A stretch of 64,000 bases of DNA, taken from Azolla caroliniana (Eukaryota; Plantae; Polypodiophyta). The first letter of the stretch is position 1, and each line of letters starts with the position of its first letter. Position numbers and translations under genes: made by a program. The stretch is taken from assembly GCA_043228905.1 (NCBI GenBank), contig JBHGNT010000017.1, positions 15,252,001 to 15,316,000 of the forward strand. The letters run 5' to 3'. Shown here piece by piece: positions 38,830 to 50,047 of the stretch. The notes beneath the pieces are model-generated. The model was not told the origin of the DNA. It ran no database searches and worked only from the letters and a program-made list of their open reading frames with translations.

Positions 38830-38833
38830 GATG
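38641..38833 (-). repeat. 76-bp tandem repeat containing three copies of coding exon 1 plus splice donor
   Basis: ATGATSAARTCTCTTATCCTAG|GTAACTT at 38808-38829, 38732-38753 and 38656-38677. Confidence 0.9.
38808..38829 (-). CDS. CPSF73-II: CPSF73-II/INTS11 exon 1 coding part (most upstream of three copies)
   Basis: MIKSLILG|gtaact; phase 1 fits exon 2. Which copy is used cannot be seen from DNA. Confidence 0.7.
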
Positions 38834-38838
38834 ACGGT

Positions 38839-38910
38839 TATGGCGATGGCGATGGCGATGGCGATGGCGATGGCGATGGCGATGGCGATGGCGATGGCGA
38901 TGGCGATGGC

Positions 38911-38947
<37 letters not shown>

Positions 38948-38960
38948 GCGGTGGTGGTGG
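38839..38960. repeat. compound microsatellite (ATGGCG)n(ATG)n(GTG)n in the putative 5' UTR
   Basis: Direct reading of 38839-38960. Confidence 0.95.
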
Positions 38961-39139
38961 GGTTTTCTCCCGTGAAGAAACAGAAAGACAGAGATAAACA
39001 GAGACAGGAATAAACCCTTGTGAGCTAGCGCTCTGAGACCACCACCATCGCCACCTTTGGCTTGTTTTGCTTGACTATTCAAGTCATTAGGTCAAGAGAT
39101 GAGTCTTGCTAAAAATGAATTAGGGTTTCTTTTCTTTTT

Positions 39140-39840
39140 CTCAAGTCAAGTCAAGTCTTTAGGGTTTAAAGGGCAATGCTTAACACCTCCTTCCTATCCA
39201 TTGTAAGCTCTCCTTTCGGTCAAGTCAAGTCAAATCAAATCATATTATTTTAAGAACTTTCGGTCAAACACCTCCTAAGTCCTTCCTATCCATTGTAAGC
39301 TCTCCTTTCGGTCAAGTCAAGTCAAGTCAAATCATATTATTTTAAGAACTTCCGGTCAAACACCTCCTAAGTCCTTCCTATCCATTGTAAGCTCTCCTTT
39401 CGGTCAAGTCAAGTCAAGTCAAGTCATATTATTTTAAGAACTTTTGGTCAAACACCTCCTAAGTCCTTCCTATCCATTGTAAGCTCTCCTTTTGGTCAAG
39501 TCAAGTCAAGTCAAATCATATTATTTTAAGAACTTTCGGTCAAACACCTCCTAAGTCCTTCCTATCCATTGTAAGCTCTCCTTTCGGTCAAGTCAAGTCA
39601 AGTCAAATCATATTATTTTAAGAACTTTTGGTCAAACACCTCCTAAGTCCTTCCTATTCATTGTAAGCTCTCCTTTCGGTCAAGTCCAGTCAAGTCAAAT
39701 CATATTATTCTAACAACTTCCGGTCAAGTCAAGTCAAATCATATATTTAGGGTTTAAAGAGCAATGCTTAACACCTCCTATCCATTCTAAGCTCTCCGTG
39801 AGGTTACAAAAAAGAACTTTAGGTCAAGTCAAATCATATT
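39140..39840 (-). promoter_or_regulatory. promoter-proximal 92-bp tandem array (6 units plus partial) rich in W-box motifs (TTGACY), with telo-boxes
   Basis: Units start at 39183, 39268, 39360, 39452, 39544 and 39636; each has 4-5 (A/G)GTCAA. TTAGGGTTT near 39120, 39159 and 39747. The repeat is certain; its regulatory role is inferred. Confidence 0.7.
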
Positions 39841-40085
39841 AAACCCTGAACCTAATGCTACAATATAAGATTTAGGTCTCATTATACCAAGATTTAATCT
39901 TGAAATTCTTTGTATGAGCTTCGTGGGACTAGCCTCACCATCTCTTGTTTAAAATGTTAATTATTCTTGATTTATACTTTGTTGTCTTATCTTTATTTAT
40001 CCGTAGGTTTCTTGTGAATCATCCCCCCAAGCTGCCTAATACATTCGTAATCTTTATTAACTATTTGTGTAGTCTTTTTTGATGG

Positions 40086-41480
40086 TGTCGCAGAAATCTG
40101 CGCCTGCAGGTCAGTCGGACAGAACCACCGGGGTCTTTGACTAGGGAGGACGAATTGGGTGACTTGTGCTTATAAGGAATTGGTGGTTTAGGTTTATCGT
40201 TGGGTCATTCTTTGTTGTTGAAGACACTTGTGTGGGTTGAGAGAGAGAGAGAGAGAGACGGAAATTGAGAAAGTATTTAAGATAGATGGGTAGGTAGCTA
40301 GATAGAAACATACGGAAATTCCAAATCCAAGCTTGAACCCTTGACTTCAAGTTTGAGAAACAAGACACATCACCAATAAGATAACTAGGTTTTTTATTAT
40401 TAATATCTTGATTCAATACATAGCTTGGTTGCCCCTCCTTTCTTCCTTTCTTTCTTATATAGATGCCCCCATGCATATGATGCCTGCCAGGGTGTAAGAC
40501 ATGCATAAAATGCATGGAATGCATGCGATGCATGATTGCCAAATTGCATCGCATGTGATGCATGATAACCATGTCGCCCATTCAAGCTCTCATGTATGAG
40601 AATTTACATGTGAAAAGTACAATGACGAAAATAACTTTTCTTTTTAGCCTAATGGTATGTCAATTGTCTCCTATCTTAGAGGTGTAACGTTCAAATCACA
40701 TCTCCCGTGCACATTAACGTGCTAACATGCGAGTGTAACTATCACCCCTTTCATACATGTGCACATTGCACCTTCTCGGTTTTCTCCGTTCCACGCAATT
40801 TTCACACTGTTGCCAAAAATCTTCACGACATCCACCCCCACCAAACCACACGTCCTCTGGTATGTGCCAAGAGGAGAGTGTGAGATTTCGGCTACGGTGA
40901 TCAATCAGATTCCTCCACGCCCTCGTTGACCTCGTTCACATTTGTGGGTTCCGCCCTACCATCTTCATTGTTGAGGTTATCGAGGTCAAGACCCTCATCT
41001 TGTCTTTTCTTGAAGATCTTTACTCTTTTCCTTGACCCGGCGAGGTGGTAGGTGGCGTTGTCATTGGCATTCATCACCACATATGGTCCAAACCATCTTC
41101 TTGCGAACTTCCTTGTTGTCCTGTGTTGGTTGTCAAGGTTGTTGTCATAGACCAATACCCAATCTCCTTCTTCGATCTTCTTGGGACGCAGTTGATGTGT
41201 CTTGTTGAACCGAATCTTGTTCTTCACTCGGGCTGTCTCCATTATCTTTCATGTGTTCTCTAGATCTTCGGGTCTTCTTTCGAGCTGCCTTATCCGTCCC
41301 GCCAATAATTATTCCCGGCTCATCTCATTCTCCCATGGTATTGTGACCCATGAGGTGATCGTCCTATTGATGGGCATTACTGGTTTTTATCCATACATGA
41401 GCTCCGTTGGCATATATCCTGTCACAAAACTATGCGTAGTTCTATCGGCCCACAATGCATAAGGCAATAGTTGCATCCAG
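40086..41480 (-). mobile_element. Ty3/gypsy 3' fragment: integrase C-terminus, PPT, 3' LTR 40086-40830
   Basis: EGDWVLVY...RKFARRWFGPYVV; PPT 40831-40845; LTR TGTCG...CACGACA. Confidence 0.85.
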
Positions 41481-41484
41481 TTCT

Positions 41485-44455
41485 AATGTTTCTTTTGTTG
41501 GTTTTTGTTTTGTTCTCGATGGATGGTGATCGATCGACATGCAATCGACCTTGATACAAATAACGATCAACAAAGGAACTTTAGTAACTCTTTCCGTTTT
41601 TCTTTTCTATTCTTTCTTCTCCCAATCTAATCATGTATAGTCAATATGTGTTTCTTTATTGATGCAATGATGTTGTAGTGGTAATGGATTGGTTGTATAA
41701 AACATATTCATATATGTGGATAAGATCAATACCTGATTTGACATATATTTGATATGTGATTCGTGTTGTATGCATATGAGGTTAATACCTCAATTGTGTA
41801 TTACGTTCACATACATATGTTACATATGCGTGTGAGGTCAATACCTCAATTTCTATTTAAATGATATGCGTTTGGTGCCGTATGCATAAGAGGTCATATA
41901 CCTCAATTGTGTATTACGATTGACCCTTATTTTTGGATGTTTCGTGTGTGTAGAGGCTATATGCCTCGATTACGTATCTCGATTACATCATTGTTGGCTA
42001 TTTGATATTACGATTTTTTTAATATATGCATGTGTGGTCACGTGTATATGTATTTGATCGTATATATGTGTGTATATTAGTTATTACGTGATTTTTATAT
42101 CGCATGTGTATATTCGGGGAAAGGATCTTGGTGGCTGTCCTCACATTTTTGTGAGAATGGCATAGTCACCATCATTTTTTCAACATTTTTTTGTTGTTGT
42201 TGACATCCCTGTTGGTCACTTCGATCATAGCCACAATGATGTTGAGAATGTAGGGCTTGGCCCACTTCATGTGAGGTCGCTCCTATGACACAAATATCCA
42301 ACATCCCTCCCTCATTACATGGATATGATACCACCATGAGATCATTCTTACGAAAGGCGTTCGTAATGATGTAACCATGTGATGGGCTATGTGGGCCTAA
42401 GTACGAAAAGAGGGCTCATTTGGCTTGACCATTAGGTTGCACTTTGTTGTATGCCATCGTAATTATGAGACTTCAGGTTAGGTAACGTACCAACATAGTT
42501 TGTGGTAAACGAGAGGGAAATAAGGACTCTTGACATATCTATTTCATTTAAATAAAACATATATGGGCAAATGCCTCACATATCTCTTATACGCATAAAA
42601 TGTTAAACATTCAACACGAGCAACCTATTTGGTTAGCTCAAGTGTTTAATGCATTTGTTCCCGAGGTCTCGAGTTCAAATATGACCAAGACCATACAACA
42701 TTGTTGATACATATGACTATAATACATGTTTAGACTTTAGGTCTAAGTGCACTTCGGGGTCCTCCTAATAGGATTTAAAGAGCTGAAACCACATGTGTGG
42801 GCACAGAAACATAGTTTATTGTTAACATTTTTTTCATGTATAAACTATTCATGACGCGAACATACATGGTTGAGCCTCGGGGAGTTGCCATGAAAAAATC
42901 GATATAGAGATTAGGGAAAGACATTCATTTGTCACCCCCATGGTTTTTAAAACACCTTTGTGTTACCATAGTAACCTGATCTTGAACCTCATCTCATATG
43001 TCTACAGGGGTATTGACGTGAGATCATGATATCGATTAATGTTGGCCCATGATATGTTTGCATATTTGTCTAACCTTATCTTATTTCTTTGCCAGAAATG
43101 ATCATTTAAACAATGGCTCATAATAGCGACCCGATGTCATCCGCTCAAGTGGAAGGAACTCAAGGAAATCCTCCTGGACCAATCTCCATTGAGTCATATT
43201 TCTTACAAATACAAAGTTTCCTTGGTTCAACCGCTCATTAGATGTCTAAACTTTGGCAATCTCAAAGTGCTCTTGAGGCACGTGTCAAGAAGCAATTTGC
43301 ACGTGGCTAGGCTGATGGGAGACTCATTTTGAGCTCTATCCCGCGCCAGATAGTACTAAGATTGCATATGTTGGCCGAGAACTAGGGGGTAAGACCGCCG
43401 CTTGGTGGTGTGGGCTCTGAACTTTGGGGAAATTGCCCGATACATGGATAGATTTTGTCATAGTTTTCAAGGGACAATTTCTATAACCTCCATCTCCAAC
43501 CAAGGCAACACAAGCTTTAATGAACCTCTCTAGCAGGAAGTTTTCCTCGTTAGAAGACTATGTTCACCATGCTAGAACCCAAATCCAAAAATCGGGTCTA
43601 GTAGGGGACAACTGGTTAATAGCTTGTTTTGTCAATGGCATCCCCAATTCGGACTATCACTGGATAGTGTACGATAAGGATCCAAAATCCTTCGAAGAGG
43701 CCATTGAAATAGTTCTTCGCTATCAACATACTTCGAAGAAGGACCATAAGAAACCCAACAAAGCGCTTGGGACTAAGTAGTCGCAATTCATAGGGAAACA
43801 CAAGACGCCCAACGAATTCATGGATCGTGATTGTAAGTGACATCATCCTTTTTGCATATTTTCCAGAAAGAAGGGTAATACAAAAGAGCAATGTCGAAAG
43901 CTCCAACAGAAAGAGCACGACAGCAAAACAAAAGGTGCAGACCATAAAGGTTAGATTCCTAATGTCCTTCAGGTCTATACACATCATGTAAGTAATTGTC
44001 AATGTTCTTTCCCTCACTATGTATTGGGACCCAATGATTTACTACGTGCAAACGGGTATATATCAATGGATCTCCCGTACAATTTTTGTTTGATTTGGGA
44101 AGCTCACACAACTTTGTGAATGATTGTTTGGTTCAGATATGGGGAATCCAACCCACCGTAAGTGATCACACCTATAGGGTGCACTTGGCTAATGGAAGAG
44201 TACAATACATCAACAGGGCGATTCATTCATTAGGAATTTCTATTGATACTCATATAAAGGAAGTAGACTTCCATGTAATGAATCTTTGTACCACTGATGT
44301 AATACTAGGTTATCCCTGGTTTTTTAATAAAAACTCTTTTTATCTATTGATTGGGTTCATCATTCAATTAATTTTGTTCTGAACGATTGTACTCATTTTA
44401 TTCAATGTGTTAAAAAACAATCTCTTTCGATTGTTTCCTCTCCATCAACTGTCTC
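41485..44455 (+). mobile_element. decayed Ty3/gypsy 5' fragment (long non-coding/LTR part, gag, protease)
   Basis: gag-like AAWWC..TW.DF...F..QF and FVNGIP; protease LFDLGSSHNFV...DVILGYPW. LTR boundaries not resolved. Confidence 0.7.
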
Positions 44456-44968
44456 TTCCCCGGAAATGGTTTTGGAGCATGGGACAAAGTGAGCCCATCT
44501 TCGAAAACCGATCAACAATGACTAGCACCGTGTCATGGCCACCAACCAGAGGGAGGTCGGTGATAAAGTCCATGGATAGAGAGACCCATGGTCGACTTGG
44601 AATGGGGAGCGGGTGGAGAAGACATGGCCGATGGTGAGGCGTTTTGGACTGAGCACATACATCAAGACATTGGCGGGGCGTTGGTGAGACCAAAAGGCAT
44701 CACCTTGTACTCAAAATGTCCATAGCGTATTCAGAAGGCAGTTTTCCACTCGTCTCTTGGCTTGATACACACCAGATTGTAGGCTCCCTGAAGGTCGATT
44801 TTGGAGAAGATACGCCTGGTTCGAAGTCGGTCAACGAGTGTTGGAATTAAAGGCAAGGGATAACGATTACGTACCGTAATTTTGTTGAGACCCCAATAAT
44901 CCACACATAGGCATAATGAGCCGTCCTTCTTCTTGACAAATAAGATTGGAGCCCCAGCTGGTGATTTG

Positions 44969-45249
44969 TGTTGGAAGCAATGTCGTCAGTGCGGAAGATC
45001 TTGAAGCACTCGATTCCTGTTTATTCCTTGTGTATGACAGAATGTAGGTCGTTGCACAGAGAGAGAGAGAGAGAGAGACACAAAAGACTCTTTATTTCAC
45101 AAAGCAATAATACAACAACCAACCTCACAAAGAGGTTACAAGGTCACTATATATAGTGACCGACTTAGGGCAACTACCCTTTATGCTAATTACATAAATG
45201 GCCGAAACGGGATGGTGTGAATACGTCCATTATACACATGTATTCGACA
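44969..45249 (-). repeat. 3' LTR of the intact copia
   Basis: TG...CA termini, adjacent to the PPT. Confidence 0.97.
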
Positions 45250-45442
45250 CTCCCCCGTAATGGGCGTATACATGGGTTATCTAAGATTACAGGTATAGAC
45301 TTAGGTTCTCGGACATATCAGCTTTGTTCGAGTCGGCAGGATCCGAAGACAGAAGACCGAACTGGTCGGGTCGGAACAGTTGAAGCCGATCATTAAGGAG
45401 CTGATGTCGGTTGTCGGGAACCATCCTGCTCTGTGTCCGGCT

Positions 45443-48400
45443 CTAACCGGACTGGTTTGTCGTTATGCCCATCTGATGCCGAAGAGACCGAAAACGGTCT
45501 GCCGAGAGACATTTGGTCATTCCATCTGCGACATTATCGGTTGTGGATATTTTCTCTAGACCGATTTTCCCTGAAATGACGCAGTCCCGAACGAAGTGAT
45601 ATCGAACGTCGATATGTTTGGAGGCGTTGTGGTGAACCGGATTTTTCGACAAGGCAACAGCACCTTGACTGTCGCTGTAGACAACTGGAGCCGAGTCATG
45701 TTCGACTTGTCGAAACGTGTGCGCCAGCCGACCGAGCCACAAAGCTTCTTTTGCTGCGTCGGACGCAGCTACATATTCTGCTTCGGTCGTTGAGGTCGCT
45801 GTGCACTCCTGAAGTTTCGACTTCCACGAGATTGCTCCATTGCCGAATTTGAAGCAGTATCCGGTTGTTGATTTCCGACTGTCTATACAGCCGGCGAAGT
45901 CCGAGTCGGTGTAACCGACTACGCCTGAGGTTCGGTTCGGTCCGAAAAGAATGCCATGGTCTTTTGTGCCAGCCAGATATCTGAACACATGCTTGACTGC
46001 GTTCCAATGCGATCGGCCAGGATTGTGCATAAATCTGCTAACGACTCCTACGGCATGAGAGATGTCAGGCCGTGTCGCGACCATCAGGTACATAAGGGAG
46101 CCGACTGCCGGTGCATACGGTACCGACTTCATATCTTCCCCCTCCGAACCGGATGTCGGGCAGTCTCGCTGAGAGAGCCGAAGATTCATAGGGAGTGGGG
46201 TTGAAGCAGATTTGGCTGATTGCATGTTGAAGCGTTCCAAGACACGTCCGATATAGTCGGTCTGAGACAAAAAAAGATGTCGTTTATCGCGATGCCGACT
46301 AATCTTCATGCCAAGGATGTGTCGTGCCGGACCGAGGTCCTTCATGGCAAACTTCAACCGCAGTTGCCGAACGAGATCGGCAAGTTCGCCCGCGTGGCGT
46401 CCAGAAATTAGCATGTCGTCCACGTAAATGATGAGGAAGATGGGTGATCCATCTCGAGCTGTGTTGGTGAAGAGACAATGGTCCTCATCGCTTTTGGAGA
46501 AGCCGATTGATTGGATGAAGTCGTCGAACTTCTTGTACCATTGTCGCGGTGCCTGTTTGAGGCCGTATAGACTCTTCCTGAGTCGGCAGACTAGATGTTC
46601 TTGGCCAGTTGCCACGAAGCCTTTTGGCTGCTCCATATAAATTTCCTCCTCGAGATCACCATGGAGGAAGGCTGTTTTGACATCTAGCTGAATCAGCTCC
46701 AAGTTGTCGGCTGCCACGACGCCGAGCAGAAGACGAAGGGTTGTCATTTTCACCACTGGTGAAAAAATCTCGTCGAAGTCGACGCCATATTCTTGTCGGA
46801 AGCCCTTCGCAACTAATCTGGCCTTGTACTTTGGGGTGGTCGAATCAGACGTCTCTTTTAGTCGATAAACCCACTTGCAAGGAAGAGCACGTCGGTTCCT
46901 AGGTAATTCGACCAGATCCCAAGTCTTGTTTGCCCGGATGGAGTGCATTTCCGACTCCATCGCCAGATGCCAGGTGGCCGAATCGACAGATGTCGATGCT
47001 TCTTCGTAAGACGTCGGTTCGCCGGCGTCGGTGAAGAAAATTCCAGGAGAATACCTCTCCGGAGGTTGCGACAGTCTCTCGGATCGTCGAGGTATGATTG
47101 GACTGGTCGCATCGGGTATCGAGGTCGGATGGTCCGAAACCGAATCATTCGGCTGTGCCGAGTCAGAGTTGTCCGAGTCGGTAGTATAAGGTTCAGCTAC
47201 CCGTGAAGCTGACCGTGTGTTGAGAGCGGGGCCTTCTTGAAGGGTCGGCACATCGGAGAATGTTACCCTTCGGACTTCGATCGGTTTTTCGACTGATGGA
47301 TTCATAGCCGACTCGTTGAACACAACGTCCGAACTTCGAACGATTTGTCTGCGTTCGGGGTCCCAGAGTCGGTATCCCATTTCGCCGTCTGATCCATATC
47401 CAAGGAAAATGCATTTCCTGGACCGAGGTGCAAGTTTTCGGCGATCATCTTTCGGAATGAGGGCGTACGCCTCGCATCCGAAGATCCTCAGCTTGTCGTA
47501 ATTCGGCTTACTGCCGATCCATAGTTCCTGAGGAATTTGAAGTCCTAGAGGTCTACTTGGCGACATATTGATTATGTGTACTGCCGTGAGTAGAGCCTCT
47601 GCCCAGAAGCCATCCGACAGTCCGGAGTGTTGGAGCATGGAAACTATCCTTTCTTGGATTGTCCGATTCATTCGTTCGGCAATCCCGTTTTGCTCCGGAC
47701 TGTGTGGTGCCGTAAATTCACGTCGGATGCCGCGTAGTCGGCAGAATTTGACGAATTCATCGGATTTGAACTCTCCCCCATTGTCTGTCCGAAGGCATTT
47801 CAGCTTTCGGTCGGTTTGATTTTCTACCATAGCGAGCCAATCGGTGAAGATCGAGAAGACACGATCTTTGGTGCGAATTGGATAAGCCCACACCTTTCGA
47901 GTCGAATCGTCAATAAAACTGACGAAGTAAGAGGCACCGCCTAGAGACTGATGCGGCATTGGGCCACAGACGTCCGAATGGACTAAATCGAGAGGTCTCG
48001 TTTCTCTTGGTGCTGATGTCGGGTGTGATGCGGCTACTTGTTTGCCATACTGGCAATGCTCGCAGAATTGATGGTCGGAGAAGGAGAGTTTGGGGATGTA
48101 TCCGGCGCTAGATAGGTGCGTGATGCCGGCCTTGCTGAGGTGTCCTAATCTTCGGTGCCATAATGATGACACAGGAATATCCACCAAAAACAGGTTACCC
48201 TCTCTGAGCGTAACATGTAACGGATACAGTGAGTGTATCTTGGGTCCTCTAGCAAGCAGGAGGTTCCCCCTGTGGAGTGTCCACCCTCCCGAAGAAAAAC
48301 CGGCACGAATGCCGTCTTCATCTAGTTGTCCGACTGAGATCAATGGCCTTGTGAGCTCGGGTACATGTCGGACATTGTGGAGTACAAGTGTAGAGCCCCC

Positions 48401-49456
48401 TGCAAGGTTGAGCTCTACTGTGCCGATTCCGACGATGTCACAGTGTTGTGAGTTGCCGACTCGAACTGAGTCGGAGTGACGGATCGTATATTGCCGAAAT
48501 TGGGATCGATGAGGAGTCACGTGAAATGATGCGCCCGAATCCAAGAGCCATGTGCTCGATTCTTCAGTCGTGAGTAGAACTTCTGATCCGACTGGATTTT
48601 CTATTGATAGTATATTCGGGTCGTCCGGTAGTACATCAGCTGAGAAGCTGACGTAATTGATCTCCTCATGCCGGCCACTCTTCTTGTTGTTCTTGTTCTT
48701 GAGTGCGCGGCAGTCGGCTTTGATGTGTCCGGGTTTCTTGCAATAGTTGCAGATTCGGTTATCCCGTGACTGGCTCCGTCTTCGCTGATTGTTCGGCGGC
48801 CGTGAGGAATCTCGTCCTCGTATGTTCGATCGGTCTGTCGAACCTTGTACTACGTAGGCGTCGTCTGTTGAGTCTTTGGCGAAAGACTTTCTCCGAGCTG
48901 CTTCGGTCAGGATTGCGCTCGTGACTTCGGAGTATTTAACAGCCGTGGTTGACGCGTTGCACACGGTTGTGACGAAAGTTTCCCATGATGGGGGAAGGCT
49001 GCTCATGAGTATCATTGCTCTGAGTTCATCCTCGATTGCCGTCCCCTGTGACGAGATTTGGGAGCTTATGCTTTCGTACTCATTGAGGTGTGCTTGGACC
49101 GAGTCGGATTCTTTCATCCGCAAGTTGTAGAGGCGCCGGATCAGAAACCTCTTCGTTGCGGCGACCTTCTTTTCGTAAGTGTCCGACAGTGTTTTCCACA
49201 GTTCGAATGCTGTCGTACACGATTGCACCGTGAAGTATACCGATTCCGATAGGTGCATCCGAATCGTGGCGCGGACGATTCTGTCCAGCTTCTGCCACTC
49301 AATTGGTTTGTATCCTTCTGGAGGTTCTTCATTTTCGATGGGATCGATTTGCCCCTTGACTATGAGATAGTCCTGCATTTGCTCCTTCCAGAAGTTAAAG
49401 TTCGATCCATCGAACTTTCGTAGACTCATTTCTGACGAGCCGGATGTTGATGCCAT
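45443..49456 (-). CDS. copia gag-pol polyprotein (gag, CCHC, PR, INT, RT, RNaseH), 1337 aa, uninterrupted
   Basis: CNYCKKPGHIKADC, LLDSGAS, HSDVCGP/TDNGGEF/EQNGIAER, YVDDML, YTDSDFAG, EAEY, SDSQGA, ADGMTK. Confidence 0.97.
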   Translation of the reverse strand: MASTSGSSEMSLRKFDGSNFNFWKEQMQDYLIVKGQIDPIENEEPPEGYKPIEWQKLDRIVRATIRMHLSESVYFTVQSCTTAFELWKTLSDTYEKKVAATKRFLIRRLYNLRMKESDSVQAHLNEYESISSQISSQGTAIEDELRAMILMSSLPPSWETFVTTVCNASTTAVKYSEVTSAILTEAARRKSFAKDSTDDAYVVQGSTDRSNIRGRDSSRPPNNQRRRSQSRDNRICNYCKKPGHIKADCRALKNKNNKKSGRHEEINYVSFSADVLPDDPNILSIENPVGSEVLLTTEESSTWLLDSGASFHVTPHRSQFRQYTIRHSDSVRVGNSQHCDIVGIGTVELNLAGGSTLVLHNVRHVPELTRPLISVGQLDEDGIRAGFSSGGWTLHRGNLLLARGPKIHSLYPLHVTLREGNLFLVDIPVSSLWHRRLGHLSKAGITHLSSAGYIPKLSFSDHQFCEHCQYGKQVAASHPTSAPRETRPLDLVHSDVCGPMPHQSLGGASYFVSFIDDSTRKVWAYPIRTKDRVFSIFTDWLAMVENQTDRKLKCLRTDNGGEFKSDEFVKFCRLRGIRREFTAPHSPEQNGIAERMNRTIQERIVSMLQHSGLSDGFWAEALLTAVHIINMSPSRPLGLQIPQELWIGSKPNYDKLRIFGCEAYALIPKDDRRKLAPRSRKCIFLGYGSDGEMGYRLWDPERRQIVRSSDVVFNESAMNPSVEKPIEVRRVTFSDVPTLQEGPALNTRSASRVAEPYTTDSDNSDSAQPNDSVSDHPTSIPDATSPIIPRRSERLSQPPERYSPGIFFTDAGEPTSYEEASTSVDSATWHLAMESEMHSIRANKTWDLVELPRNRRALPCKWVYRLKETSDSTTPKYKARLVAKGFRQEYGVDFDEIFSPVVKMTTLRLLLGVVAADNLELIQLDVKTAFLHGDLEEEIYMEQPKGFVATGQEHLVCRLRKSLYGLKQAPRQWYKKFDDFIQSIGFSKSDEDHCLFTNTARDGSPIFLIIYVDDMLISGRHAGELADLVRQLRLKFAMKDLGPARHILGMKISRHRDKRHLFLSQTDYIGRVLERFNMQSAKSASTPLPMNLRLSQRDCPTSGSEGEDMKSVPYAPAVGSLMYLMVATRPDISHAVGVVSRFMHNPGRSHWNAVKHVFRYLAGTKDHGILFGPNRTSGVVGYTDSDFAGCIDSRKSTTGYCFKFGNGAISWKSKLQECTATSTTEAEYVAASDAAKEALWLGRLAHTFRQVEHDSAPVVYSDSQGAVALSKNPVHHNASKHIDVRYHFVRDCVISGKIGLEKISTTDNVADGMTKCLSADRFRSLRHQMGITTNQSG

Positions 49457-50047
49457 CAAATTTGGTTTCGGTTGACGAAGCTCGGTTCGGAGTTGACTAC
49501 GAATCTTGTTGGAGTGCAGCCTGTTGGCTCACCCGATATCGTTCTAGTCGGATTTGAACCCGAGTCGGTTCGGCTTCGGATATATGTATTGTTGAACTTG
49601 CTCGAATTGACTACGGTAACCTGAGGGACAGAACCGACTGGTCTTCCCGAATGTCGCCGAGTCGGAGTGAGCCCGGTTCGCTTCGGATATATATGCCGAA
49701 TACCGATTATTGAAACCGATTATCTGGACCGATTCGGCTTCGGGTGACTGCAACGACGAGAGAGACGGATCCGACTGATCCTCCCGAATGTCGATCAGCC
49801 AAATGAAGCACGAATTTGGGTTGTTGTCAAAGTTGCACAAGGGGATTTCACCTCGAGCGGTTACGATCACAAGGGACAGAGTACAACCTGCTGGCTTACT
49901 CCAAGCAAGGGGATCTAACGCGATGAGGTGCAAACCTCGTTTTTGTTCTTCTTCTCTCATTCTTCGAATGACGTAGGAAACCGAGTGCAGAGACGACGGC
50001 CGACAGCGGATTGAAGGACCGACTACTGTGCAGGCTCTGATACCAGA

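Noticed and set aside
38804-39082. His/Arg-rich 92-aa ORF and the antisense (MA)n ORF
   Set aside because: Translations of the 5' UTR microsatellite; no ATG start for the minus-strand ORF.
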